64,000 nucleotides of DNA, from assembly GCF_000143415.4 (NCBI RefSeq), contig NW_003314265.1, positions 820,405 through 884,404 of the forward strand. Reading direction: 5' to 3'. The notes beneath the pieces are model-generated. The model saw only the letters and a program-made list of their open reading frames with translations. It did no database searches and was not told the origin of the DNA. The DNA comes from Selaginella moellendorffii (Eukaryota; Plantae; Lycopodiophyta). A program made the translations under genes and the position numbers. Positions 12,343 to 24,331 of the stretch are shown here, piece after piece (position 1 is the first letter of the stretch; the number at the start of each line of letters is the position of its first letter).

Positions 12343-13392
12343 TCACACAGGATCCACGGCCATGGGCTCGGCAGCCGCCACTGGAGCTTCCATCGAGACA
12401 AAAGCGCCGCTGCTGCTCGTGTCCTGCTCGATCGCGCTGCTCTGCTGCTCGTCCTCGAGCGTGGTCTGTAGCGAATCAACCTGGAGTGAAACACAAGGCC
12501 AAGTTAGAACAACTAGGAAGATGTTTGATCGCGACAAAAAAAAAATGAAAGGATGGATGGATGGAATGGAACTTACGGCGTGTAGCAAGAGGGCGAATTG
12601 TTTCTTCCGGAGCTCCAGTGTCCGAGTGGCGGTCATGTTCTCGGCCTCGAGCGTCGCGATCTCTTTCTCGAGCTCGGTGATCACGTTCTGGGTCTCTGAT
12701 CGCGGAGGTTGAGCGGCTATCAGCCGACGAATGGCTTCGCACTCCTCTTTGTGCTGCCTCTCGATCTTGCTTTGCTCGAGTTGGATCTTCAAATCTTCGA
12801 TGTCATTCCTAGTCTTTGAAAGAAAAAAAAAAAAAAAAGGTTTTTCAGCCTCAGTGCGAAAGTGAGCTCGAGGAGAACAAAAGAAAACACGAACTCGATC
12901 GAATACCTGGATGGTTTGCTGGTCGAGCTGCTGCTGCAAATCCTTGAAACTCTGCTGCTCGCGCTTGTTGGCATCGATCACGGCCCTCGTCTTGAGCAGC
13001 GGGAGCTCGAAAGTGCTGAGCTCCTGCAGCAAGGATTTGTAGAGCTTCTCGCACTCCACCACATTGTCGGAGCTCTTATCCACCTCGGCCACGAAGGCGA
13101 CGAACTTCTTGAGCAACTTCTTGAGCGGCGGCTCGCCCCGGGTCGTGGTGGTCCGAGTGAGCAGCCGCTGCCGGATGATCGCATCGTCCTCGGCAGGCCC
13201 AAACGCAAAATGCCCGGTCACTTCTTCGCGCTTCCCAGCTACCTTCTTCACCTTCGTCCCCGACCTAACTCCTGTGAGAAGATCACCCGTGAGCGAAGAA
13301 TGCGAGAGATCTAGCGAGAGGTTCCAGCAGCGCCTAGCTACGATGATAAAGATGAACGATGGGAGCTACTTGCCTGCCGGCTCTGTCGCCAT
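12343..13392 (-). CDS. THOC7: THO complex subunit 7
   Basis: [25 protein letters not shown] and [14 protein letters not shown] match plant THO7. Proposed exon 1 (13392-13374, MATEPAG) splices in frame through a GC-AG intron (13373-13272). Confidence 0.93.
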
Positions 13393-13431
13393 AGCGCTTT
13401 CGCGCTCTCCTAGAAACCCATATTAGGGTTC

Positions 13432-15366
13432 ATGCTTCTTCCTCAAGCCCTAAGCCAGGAGGAGAGATTCTTGTCTCGATCTCAGCTAGCGTGCCTCATC
13501 CAATCCTGCGCCAATGCGGGCGATCTTTCCTCGACGCGGCAGCTCCACGCGCGAGTTCTCGCATCGCAGGACAGATACCTCGCCAATCTCTTGATCCAGG
13601 CCTACGGCAAATGCGGCAGCGCGAGCGACGCGGCCGATGTGTTCGCGCAGCTCATCGATCCAAATGTCTTCTCCTGGAATTTCATGATCTCGGCGTACGC
13701 CCAGAACGGTCTCGTCGATCACGCCAGGCGGCTATTCGATCGCGTCCCGCAACCCAACGTCGTCACGCACACGATCATGCTCCAGGTTCTTGCCGAGAAT
13801 GGGCATCTGGACGAGGCGGAGGAGCTCTTCGATAGAATGGCCGATCGAAACGTTGTGTCGTGGACGACGATGCTGGCAGCGTATGGGCGGAGCGGCAATG
13901 TCGGCAAAGCGGAGCATTGCTTCCGCCAGATGCCCGTCAAGAACGCCGTGACGTGGAGCGCCATGCTCTCGGCATATGCCGCAAATGGGCATCTTGAGCA
14001 AGCGAAAGAACTTTTTGACCTAATTCCAGTTAAGAGCGAGGTGGTATGGACGGTCATGATGCAAGCTTTTGCGCAGTGCGGGTATCTCGAGGAGGCCAAG
14101 AGCTTGTACGATGCAACGCCTGTAAAGAACAATTTTACGCACAGTACAATTATCTGGGCATATGCCCATTATGGGCATCTTGATATGGCCAAGAGAATCT
14201 TCCATCGCCTGGAGTCTCCCAATGTGGTTGTGGTGACCGCTATGTTACAAGCGTACGTACAGCACGGATGCCTTGAGGATGCCCGGAATCTCTTTGATAC
14301 TATGCCCTGTAGGAATATTGTGTCCTGGACTGTCATGGTCGTGGCATATGCCGAAGCGTGGCAAATTGACGAAGCCAAGGCTCTCTTTGATGAAATGCAC
14401 GAAAGGAATCTAGTGGCCTGGACTGCCATGTTCAAAGTCTATGCGGAACTTTGTAGCATTGACAATGCCAAATCGTTTTATGAGAGAATGCCCGAGTGGA
14501 ATTTAGTGGCAATCACCTCAATGGTGGCTGCATATTCCCACTCCGGGCATCTTGAGGCTGCGAAGCATCTCTTCGACTCCGTTCCTCGGGACGAACGGGA
14601 CGACGTTATCTGGAACACAATGCTACAGGCCTACGCCGAGAACAACGAACTCACATCCGCGAAGATCTTGTTCGATCACGGGATGCCTCAACGAACCGTG
14701 GTAACTTGGAGCGCCATGGTTCAAGCTTACGCTCGAAACCGTGAGGTGGAAGCGGCAAAGTTCGTGTTTGATTCCATGCCGGAGCGTAACACGACATCGT
14801 GGTCGACCATCATCGGGGCCTACGCTCAAAATGACAAGCTGGTGGAGGCCAAAGAGCTGTTTGATCGGGTACTGGCACGAGATGTTTTTACCTGGAACAC
14901 CCTCGCTGCTGGCTACTGTCGGCTCGGCCACTGCCAAGACCTTCTAGATCTCTTCCGGGCGATGCTCTTGGAGGGTCTCACTCCCACAGACGTCTCGGTC
15001 TTGTGCGTTCTCGTTGCCTGCGCGCACAGCCACGCCGGATCGTTCTTCCGAGAGGGACGGAGACTGTTCGTCAGCTTGGAGCTTGATTACAAACTGGAGC
15101 GAACGATGCAGCACTACTGCTCCATGGTGGATCTTCTCGCGAGGTCGGGACAGGCGAAAGATGCCCAGGAGCTGATCGACACAATGCCATTCGTGCCCGA
15201 TAGCGTCGCGTGGACCGTGTTGCTCGGTAGCGGCCAGTTCCACCGCAGGTCTATATCTCCCAGTGCAAAGTTTGCTGTTGCTAAGCTCCTCGGTTCTTCC
15301 AAACTAGACTTCGGCGGCTCGGCCTCTCACGTTTTGCTCTCCAACATCTACGCATCTAGCAGATGA
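13432..15366 (+). CDS. PLS-class PPR protein, rich in 31-aa S-type repeats, E-type end, no DYW
   Basis: Intronless 644-aa ORF. Repeats such as NVVSWTTMLAAYGRSG...A..LFD.MP; C-terminal HYCSMVDLLARSG, MPFVPDSVAWTVLL and HVLLSNIYA. Confidence 0.93.
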   Translation: MLLPQALSQEERFLSRSQLACLIQSCANAGDLSSTRQLHARVLASQDRYLANLLIQAYGKCGSASDAADVFAQLIDPNVFSWNFMISAYAQNGLVDHARRLFDRVPQPNVVTHTIMLQVLAENGHLDEAEELFDRMADRNVVSWTTMLAAYGRSGNVGKAEHCFRQMPVKNAVTWSAMLSAYAANGHLEQAKELFDLIPVKSEVVWTVMMQAFAQCGYLEEAKSLYDATPVKNNFTHSTIIWAYAHYGHLDMAKRIFHRLESPNVVVVTAMLQAYVQHGCLEDARNLFDTMPCRNIVSWTVMVVAYAEAWQIDEAKALFDEMHERNLVAWTAMFKVYAELCSIDNAKSFYERMPEWNLVAITSMVAAYSHSGHLEAAKHLFDSVPRDERDDVIWNTMLQAYAENNELTSAKILFDHGMPQRTVVTWSAMVQAYARNREVEAAKFVFDSMPERNTTSWSTIIGAYAQNDKLVEAKELFDRVLARDVFTWNTLAAGYCRLGHCQDLLDLFRAMLLEGLTPTDVSVLCVLVACAHSHAGSFFREGRRLFVSLELDYKLERTMQHYCSMVDLLARSGQAKDAQELIDTMPFVPDSVAWTVLLGSGQFHRRSISPSAKFAVAKLLGSSKLDFGGSASHVLLSNIYASSR

Positions 15367-15395
15367 TCGGACAAGATCTTTGATGACCACCTTGG

Positions 15396-17022
15396 TTAAG
15401 CTTGCTGGATGCAAGTTGGATTACAGGGATACGCACAATCAATAGCTTGTTCCGGCTGGGCAGTCCTCTCGAAGTACCAGTCGCCAACACTTTGCGCTGG
15501 AGACTGCAAAAACCAGGAAGCCGATCTCATCAGTAAACTCCAAACTCGAGGAGATCTTGTCACGCGACAGGGGAGACTTGCCTTGTCATTGATCTTGGGG
15601 ATGTTCCAAGTCGCATCCCAGGTTGCTTGGCAGTGCGTGAAGCATGCGTTGATGTAAAGAGCCAGCGAGCTCCATCCACCTGAAAGAGCATCCAGCATGC
15701 TTGCTCGAAATCCTTGGAGGAGTTCAACTGGTGGGCATGACGAGTAGCTGATGCAAGAGTTGTATGAGTCCCTCGAAAGATTAAGGCCGTGCTCGAGCTG
15801 TGTAAATTATCAAAAGCACGAAATTCTGAGTTTGTAAACCACGAAGATGAGCGCTTACTTGCCAGGAATCGTAAGCAGCATTCAACAAGAACAATGGTGG
15901 TTTGACGTAAGCTTTCATGATCTCAGGAAAGAAACACTGGCAAAAACAAAGAACAAATCAAGCAAAAGAAAGCGCTTCTTTTCGAGAGTACCTTCGTAGC
16001 ATCACCGTTTGAGTCACCAATGCAGGATTGATCCAGCGTGTTTTCGAGCTTGTGTAAGCTGACCACGTCCTTGTAAAGCTTTGACATGAGGTAGTGACCA
16101 CCAGGATCGGAACTGTACTCCAGCCAGATTTCTAAACGGTCTAAAAAATTCTTTGCAAGTTCTTACGTGTTTATGAAGAACCCAGCATCACTCAAGCATT
16201 TCAGTGTCACGCCTGGATCGAGGAGGCTCTGGACATCGTTGCAATGGAGTATAGTCGAAAGCCCTCCAGCCGAGCAGCCCGATAGAAGAACCTGATCAAA
16301 AATTCGAGAGATAAGTTCTAGAGTAGCCTTTCTTTTCGACAAACCTGTGTCGCGTTGCTCAATCCTTTGCTTCTCAAGTCATCAATGACTGCTCTGAGAA
16401 TCCTCTTCCCTCGAAAGTACAAAACCTGGAGGACTCCAGGAAGAACAAATAAATGATCGATATCGCGATTGATCTCACAGCTTTTTGCCGCGTTTCTTAC
16501 CTGGCCGGAGGATGAAACGAGGGGCTCCTCGACATCAGCAGTGAAAGAAGCTCCATCGCAGTACCTGACGAACACTTGTGTCCAGTTGAAAAAGTCCGGG
16601 TTTACGGAAGCGTCGTTGCTGAGCGAGCCTGCGAATCCAGTCGGGCTTTGCATGTAAATGGAGCTTCCCCAGTGACCTTTGGCGCGGTTAGCACAGGATA
16701 CCACGGAGTCACACCATCCTCCACCCTTGCATTTCCCAGAAACCAAAGCTATGGATCATCATCCTATAACTTGACCGAGCGATCGATCTTTACCTCCAAA
16801 GAAATATGCCATGAGTTTGAGGCTCCCGGTAGAAGATGATAAGCCGGAACGCTTCCATCCAGGCAAACTATATAGCATTGTCACACACAATTTAGAACAT
16901 GGATAGATCGCAAATGTCCTACCCGCTCCTGACGAATTGGACGCAGCTAGATAAGTTATTGGAACCAGAACGGCATGTACAATAACTGGAAACGCATGAA
17001 GCGAGAGAACTTGGAAGAACAT
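15396..17022 (-). CDS. Pectin acetylesterase, tandem copy 1
   Basis: [28 protein letters not shown], catalytic [26 protein letters not shown] and [11 protein letters not shown]; multi-exon. Confidence 0.92.
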
Positions 17023-17256
17023 TTGGAAATGAGGGAGCTGCTCAATTATGAGACAAAGTGTGTCAGGATGACCCGTGATCAGTTTTTTCCGCTAGAAAGA
17101 TCTGTCCACTGGAGTAACTTATGTTGGATTGTTTTTTCGCGGTGCTTTTCACAGGCACGGGCCACACGTTTGATGGAAACAGCCATGCACTCAGAGCTCC
17201 ACTAGCAGGGGATCCATTGTTTCTCAATTGCATTGTATTAAGATCTATTTATTCTG

Positions 17257-18891
17257 CTAATCAAAGATAGATACGCAAGTTGGATTGCAAGGATAGGCGC
17301 AATCTATGGCTTGTTGCCCAGCTTCACCATTTCTCTGAAAGTACCAATCGCCCACGGCCTGAGCTGGGGACTGCAGCAGCATCAACTTGGTTAGTGCACT
17401 TCCAGAGATTATAATCTACTTGCCTTGCTGTTGATCTTTGGGATGTTCCATTGATCATCGCTTCGAGTGTGGCAGTGAGTGAAGCAAGAGTCTATGAAGA
17501 CGCTCAGGGATTCCCTGTTGGACAGCGATCCAACTCGAAGCGCATCGATCATACTCATCCGCAGCTGCTGAAGTATTCGAATGGGTGGGCACGATGAGTT
17601 GCTCATGATGCAAGGTTTGTAGATCTCTCTCGACAGCTTCTTGACATGCTCTAGCTGCAATAGTTAACTTTGTTTGACAGCATAAAGAAGATCTACGTAC
17701 TTGCCAGAAGTCGTAAGCAGCATTGAGAATGAAGAGCGGAGGCTTGACGTAATCTTTCATGACTTGTGGAAAATAACACTACACAGAACACAAGTTTCAG
17801 CTGAAACACCGAATAAAATCTACTATTAGTACCTCTGTACCATTGTTGCTTGAATCGGACACACAAGATTTGTCAAGTGTCTCGTGCAACTTATGAAAGC
17901 TGACGATGTTTGTGTAAAATTTCAAAATGGAATTGCTTCCCTGGATGTCCGAGCTGATAATTTTTTTCATTTTGAGCTCCAAGATAACATTAAGATCCAA
18001 CTTATAGATTACTCACGCATTGACGAAGAAGCCTCCATCACTCAGGCATTTCAGCTTGACACCATGATCAAGAAAGCTTGCCATGTCGTTGCATCGATGG
18101 ATCGCGGCCAGCCCTCCGGCAGAACAACCGGACAGAAGAACCTGATAACATTTACGACGAGAAATCAGGAGATTGTGAGAATCTGAACTTATGTATAAAT
18201 ACCTGGTTAGCGTCGCTCAACCCTCTATATAATTTGAGTTCCTCAATCACAGCCTCGAAAATCCTCTTCCCTCTAAAATACAAAACCTGCGTGCTCGAGT
18301 AAGAGAAAAAGATGGTGGGATTAACATAAATGCCGCTTGAGGAACACCTTTCCAGAAGGAGCTGCGAGTGTGTCGCTAACATTGGCGCTAAAGGATGCCC
18401 CGTCGCAGTACCTCACTAGAACATGAGTCCAGTTGAAAAATTCGGGATTCACTTGGACCGAGCTGCTAAGCAGGCCATCAAACTTTACAAAGGGCTTCAT
18501 GTACTTGGAGCTTCCAAAGAAGCTCTGGGCTCGGTTAGCGCAAGCTTCCAGCGATTGGCACCATCCGCCACCCTGCATTTCTCATACAGTTCACAGTTTG
18601 TTCTCTTCTTGTACCTCGAATGAAATGTGCCACGAGCTTGGATCTCCTTGCTGGAGATGGTAAGCAGGAACGCTCCCATCTAAGCACACTGCAAGGCATC
18701 TTGAAAGTAGTTTCAATCAAGAATCGGGAACATGTATAATTACCAGCTCCAGACGACTGCGCCATGTTTCCAAGATACGTTATCTGGACATGCTGAGCCG
18801 TGTCCTCGTCGAGGGGATTCGCATCCAGAGAAGGAACCGAAAGTGCCGGGGCGAACGAGAAAAGAGAAACCATCATCCACAACAAAGTCAT
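17257..18891 (-). CDS. Pectin acetylesterase, tandem copy 2
   Basis: Same motif series as copy 1 ([44 protein letters not shown]) and a signal peptide [18 protein letters not shown]. Confidence 0.9.
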
Positions 18892-19322
18892 GGCCAAAGC
18901 CGAGAGAAACCAAGAGGGAAGTGCGCTTGTATACCCTCGTCATGTCACGCGCTACCTGTGTAGTTAAATCATGGTTCTCATGCATTATAGTGTGAATCAT
19001 GTGTCAATTATACTTGCCCTAAATCCGTCCTTTAAGGGCAGCAGGTTGTAAAGAGGTAGTTTGGCTCAAACACTTGATGGAATACTTTTATTTAATTATT
19101 TGTTAACTTGTTGGGTTGTATGACCCGTCTGTGTAAAAAAAATTCTTTGAAGATTTTAGACTTTAGCGTTTTGAAAGCCATGGGGAGAGTGGAAGCTTCT
19201 TTTGGGCATATCCTCGAGAGGTTGTGTGGCACCACGTCTCATCGTTCTTTCCGGCCAGCCCAGACACCTCGGCTGTTACGCACAATTTTAGTCACGAATG
19301 GCTTGAGCAGAGACCTTTGCAA

Positions 19323-21977
19323 ATGGCTGGAATTCCAGTTCCGCGGGTGATCATCCTGGAACTGGTTCTGCTCGCAATTTTACAAGCTGGTGCTTGTGCT
19401 GGAGCTGGTGATGCTACCGGTGCGAATTTGGGGGTCTCGGGGAGGTCTGCCTTTGGTTCCATCACAAGGCGGGCATTGCTGGAATGCCGGGATCCAAATC
19501 CATACCTCAACTTGATGCTTGACACCGCAGGCCCTCTCGCCAGTGTCCAGACAGTGGTGGCGACCGTGAGTGGTGTTCTTCGGCCGAGCTCCAGAGATTG
19601 GATTGGAGTGTTCTCGGAAGCAACTCACAAGTAAGCTCCCAATTTTCCGAATAACCATCTTTCTCTTCCATTTTCTTCTGTCCATTCTTCTTTCTCCCTT
19701 ATTCCCTCTTGCTCCATATTAGTTTGTCTGCTTGCTCCATTTGATATCTGGTGATTCTTCAATGCGGAAGCTCCGAAAACCCGCACTTCACATCGGTCGT
19801 TTTCGTTCTACAGCTACTCTGACTGCCTTGCAAACAAAGCACTTTATCTGCAGACAGGAGACTTTTCCAGCCTGCCTTTGCTTTGCGACTATCCCCTCAA
19901 GGTTGTTCTACAAAAGCAAGAAAGATAGCTCTAATGATCTTGATCTTAACTTGGCTCTTGATCGATTTTGATTTCTTCCAGTTCAAGTTCCTCAGCGATG
20001 ATCCTGGCTACATTAACTGCTCCAACAAGACGTGTGTCACTGATTCATGTAGCGTGAGGACTTGCTCTGGATCACTTGCTTTCCGTCTTGTCAACATAAG
20101 AACCGCCGTCACCTTTGTGTTCTTTGGCGGCGGGCTTGTAACTCCCTGCATTCTCAAGATCGCCCCACCGCTTTCGTTTGCGAGGCCTGGGGCCCCTTTA
20201 TACGGGCATTTGTCTCTCAAGGACTCCTCCGGCACCTCTGTAAGCTTTTAAATCTTTTCACAACTTTACTCTACTAATTTCTTTAACTCAAGATGGTGGT
20301 AACTTGGATCAGCAACGATAATGCCACTCAGAACGTCGAGTATGATGGTCGGAGCTCCACAAGCGAAATCACAACTTTCCAAAAAGAAGATATGTGTGGT
20401 AAAAGTTAACATTCTTTTTTTTTAACTTTTATTTTGGGTAATTCTTTTAGGTTCGCCAGCTACAGATTTTGGATGGCACACTCCTGGATATATGCATCAT
20501 GCAACAATGACAAGTCTTTCTCCTGGCAAGAGTTTTTCTTACAGATATGGAAGGTAAGAAAACTATGTGGGTTTCAGCAACATTAGCCTACGTCTGGTTA
20601 AATCCATAGTGAGAAAGTTGGCTGGAGCAAACTCAAGAATTTTACCACTCCTCCAGGCGAAGGATCAAACAGTGCAAGCTTCATCGTTTTTGGAGACATG
20701 GGGAAGGCCGAACGAGACAACAGCTTAGAACACTACATACAAGTAAATATAGACTTCTTGAAATTCTACCTTAGCAAGTATATATTGCAGCCTGGAGCAT
20801 TGCAAGTGATAGATTCTCTTGCCAACCAGACTGTGGACACCATATTCCACATAGGCGATATAAGTTATGCCACTGGCTTTCTCGCGGAATGGGATCACTT
20901 CCTTGAGATGATTGAGCCTGTGGCTTCCAGGATCCCTTACATGACGGCCATTGGAAACCACGAGAGGTACCGAAATCTATATCATTTGCTCCAAGTTCTT
21001 GATTTACTATGATCGCCCAGGGATCATCCTGGCTCAGGATCCAAATACAACTCCACAGACTCGGGAGGCGAGTGTGGAGTTCCATATCGATCTTACTTCC
21101 CGATGCCTGCCCAAGGCATCGACAAACCATGGTACTCTATAGAACTCGGTCCCGTGCATCTCACAGTAATCTCCACGGAGCACGACTGGACTCCAAACAG
21201 TGAACAGGTAAAAGAAAGTTCCGTTTTGCTTTAAGTTAGGTATAATATTTTGTTCTATCATTCCTATAGTATTCTTGGATGGAACACAATCTTGCTTCTG
21301 TAAACAGAACTCACACACCATGGCTGGTATTTGTCGGGTACATAACTCACCATTTATTTCTAAATTATTCCTAATTATTTTCATATTATTAGGCATCGCC
21401 CAATGTACTCTACGCAAGGCGGGCTTCTCTCCAAAATTTTACCCGCAATCGATCCTGATTTTGTAGAAGCTGTAGAGCCTCTTCTAGTGAGTAGCAAGGT
21501 AAATATAATATATATATATATGTCCAAGCTTTTCAATTCTTCTCTCCAGGTTGATTTGGCATTGTGGGGACATGTTCACAACTACGAGCGCACCTGTGCT
21601 GTGAATCAAAGCCGCTGCGTCCAGGTCCCAGCCAAAGACGATACTGGGGTCGATGTTTATGTCAGTAATGGATCAGCTCCAATTCATGCCGTGGTTGGCA
21701 TGGCTGGATTCAGCCTCGATCTCTTCCCAGCGAACGTAAGTTTTCAATAGTTCATAACTTCGAAACTATATGCTGCTTCAGTGGAGTTCATGGAGCATGG
21801 TTCGAGTCTCCGAATTTGGGTATAGCCGGGTCTCAGCCGACAAAAACGAGCTCCTGTTCGAGGTACCATAGTTGCAAACATTCCTAAAACCTAGCAAACC
21901 TGTTCTTCCAGTATATAATAGCGAAGGATGGAGCAAAAGCCGATCAATTCAAGATATTGAAGAACATTAATCCCTAA
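19323..21977 (+). CDS. Purple acid phosphatase (nucleotide pyrophosphatase/phosphodiesterase-type, PAP1/24/27-like)
   Basis: Signal peptide, DWIGVFS N-domain and all five metal-ligand motifs: GDMG, GDISY, GNHE, GHRPMY and GHVH. Confidence 0.92.
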
Positions 21978-22285
21978 GCGACGGCGTACCACACCTATCA
22001 CACGTAGGGGACGACTTGTAAGCAGCGTCCGGGTACCATGAGCGATCCACTCTGGAACCGGCAGCAGTGAAATTTCGAAAAACAAAAATCTAATAATATT
22101 GCTTCGCCCCGATTCAAAGAAAGTCAAATATCATTGACCCAGATCAAACTGAGAACTCGCCCTGCGTCGAGAAAAGATCCCTCGCATTCAGGATTGCGAT
22201 CTAGACAAGAATCTCTGGCATGCCAAAATACAGTATCTCTGCTCTTCTCTGGAGCTTAGGGTTCTCTCACTCTTGTTCACAAGTT

Positions 22286-23586
22286 TCATGCTGCCGAGTG
22301 GAGAAGGGATGATGAATTATTGACCGCATCTTCCCTGACAATCGGATGGCGCGGCCGCTGCAACGGGTAGACTGGGGATCCGTTAGGATAGAGCAGCCCG
22401 AAGTGCCTCTCCAGCTCAGGCCCGCCCTTCTGATTCTCGTTGAACAGAGCGAACACCCAAGCGGCGAGCCCTCCCGGCTTCCTGGGCGTCCCGACACCGC
22501 TCCTGGTGCGTCGGATCAATCTGCTGTTGAACGCCTTGGCATTCTCCACGGTGGCGCCTGGGGCTCCCCCGCTGGGCCAGCCGGATTCCCCAATTGCCAG
22601 CGGCAGGTTCCCGTAGCCCTTCCTCTCCATGGCCGAGTAGATCGCATCCACCATGGCATCGAAAAGATTCGTGTAGCCCTTGCCGCCGTCCCAGACCTTG
22701 ACATCGTTGCTTTGGAAGAGGGCGTATTCCAGGCTTATGTCGCGGGGATTCCCCTGCCAGGCGAAGAAGGTGTACACATTGGCCATGAACACCGAGTTCG
22801 TGGAGGACAGGAAGCCCAGCAGCGAATTCACGACTGAGTCCCTTCCGTTGTCCGATCTGAATTCTCCCGCGGATGGCGGGAATGATTCTTTCAGGATATC
22901 CGTTGCGATTGGCGTCGTGATCTTGATCTGGTTGAAGCCAAGCGAGTTCAGCGCGTTTCTGAGATTCCACATTGAAGGGACTAGATCGGGCCAGGGGAGC
23001 CCGGGATCCGAAAGGACTTCGTTCCCCACCGCGATGAATTCGACGTTCGTTGCGGGGTAAATCGGCGCGATTCTATTCCGGACCCAGTCCGACGCCGCGT
23101 TGGAGCTCCTGGCGATGGAGCTGAACTCCTGGTTGGTCACCGCGACTGTGAGCCGGATCCCCGAATTCGCAAAAGCCCGCAAAACTGTTCGGTCCGTGTC
23201 GAAGATCTTCACCCTCTTGAACTGCAGGGACTTGATGAGATTCACCACTTGATCCGGCTGCGGAAGATTGTTCGCAACTCTCCCATAGTTGACCCCAATA
23301 TCTTGGCAAGAACAAGAAACGAACATCAGCGATCAAACCAACTTCAAAGAAGATGAAAGTTCTTTCTACCATTTGCTCCTCCGTCTCCGCCACCCCCTCC
23401 TCTTTGGCACCAGTTGCATTGGCTCTGGCATCCAGCTCCGCAACCCGAATCGCACCCGCACCGTCCGAACTGGCTGCAGCACATATTGTCCGGGCATGGA
23501 TCGTTGGGACCGCATTGCTGGGCGATTGCCGCAACAAGAACGTTCGTCAGAACCAAGAAGCCCACAAAGACCCTGATGTTCTTCAT
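22286..23586 (-). CDS. Secreted hevein-like (CBM18) domain fused to a GH17 beta-1,3-glucanase
   Basis: Exon 1 (23586-23370): signal peptide, QQCGPNDPCPDNMCCSQFGRCG...CGAGCQSQC and a Gly linker. Phase-1 GT-AG intron 23369-23302. Exon 2 starts DIGVNYGRVANNLP and has the catalytic AVGNEV and IGESGWPS. About 410 aa. Confidence 0.88.
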
Positions 23587-24331
23587 GGTTGCTTGCTTCT
23601 TCGTCTTGGTGAAGTCCATAGCAAGTTCTTATAGTCGAAATAAGATGGTGTTTACAGTCCATTTGTGTCAGCATGGGACCTACGACTACGTAAGGGAGTG
23701 CAACTCGAATACGGCTTTACTCACTAATTATAATAGCACGTTGGGCCGCATGGTGGGGGGAATGAGCATTATCCGTACAGGAATTATAAGTGTTCAAGTC
23801 CGTGGGGCTTGACAAATTGAGGAGTTTGTGGTTGTTATGACTTCCTTGCGATGTTTTTTTGAACCCTATTCCAAGGTTGATTCTGCACCTATGTAAAATT
23901 TCATTCAAGACAACGAAATGACCAAGCATGTTGGCGATCGTCACCCGGTCACGTCAATCCCAAATGCCACGATCTTGTCTTCGGCCCCACGCCATCTTGA
24001 CTGTAAACATGGGCTCGTATCATCAGCAAAATTGATCTCAGTGTCACAGAACACTAGAATTAAATCTATTATATTCGAGGCGCTATTGGACTGAAAAGAC
24101 ATGGAATAATATAAAAGCTGACGATGTAGTGATATTTTTTTCATTTTGATAGTGATTACTCGGCATGAACTTATGCCCTTTAAATGTTGGATGTAGCCTT
24201 TTTTCTTAAGTTTTACCACTTCCAGGGAAAAGGATCCCGCTACAACACACGACTCGCTCATCCGACGGCTGAAAGCGTTGCCAATTGGCCCCATCCAGGC
24301 CGTTGGGCTTTCAAATGCTCGGTTTCTGGAC

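Noticed and set aside
12343-13251. THOC7 as a single-exon 302-aa ORF (likewise the long RPL10A and ADCS ORFs)
   Set aside because: The F/S-rich inserts are in-frame introns with GT-AG ends.
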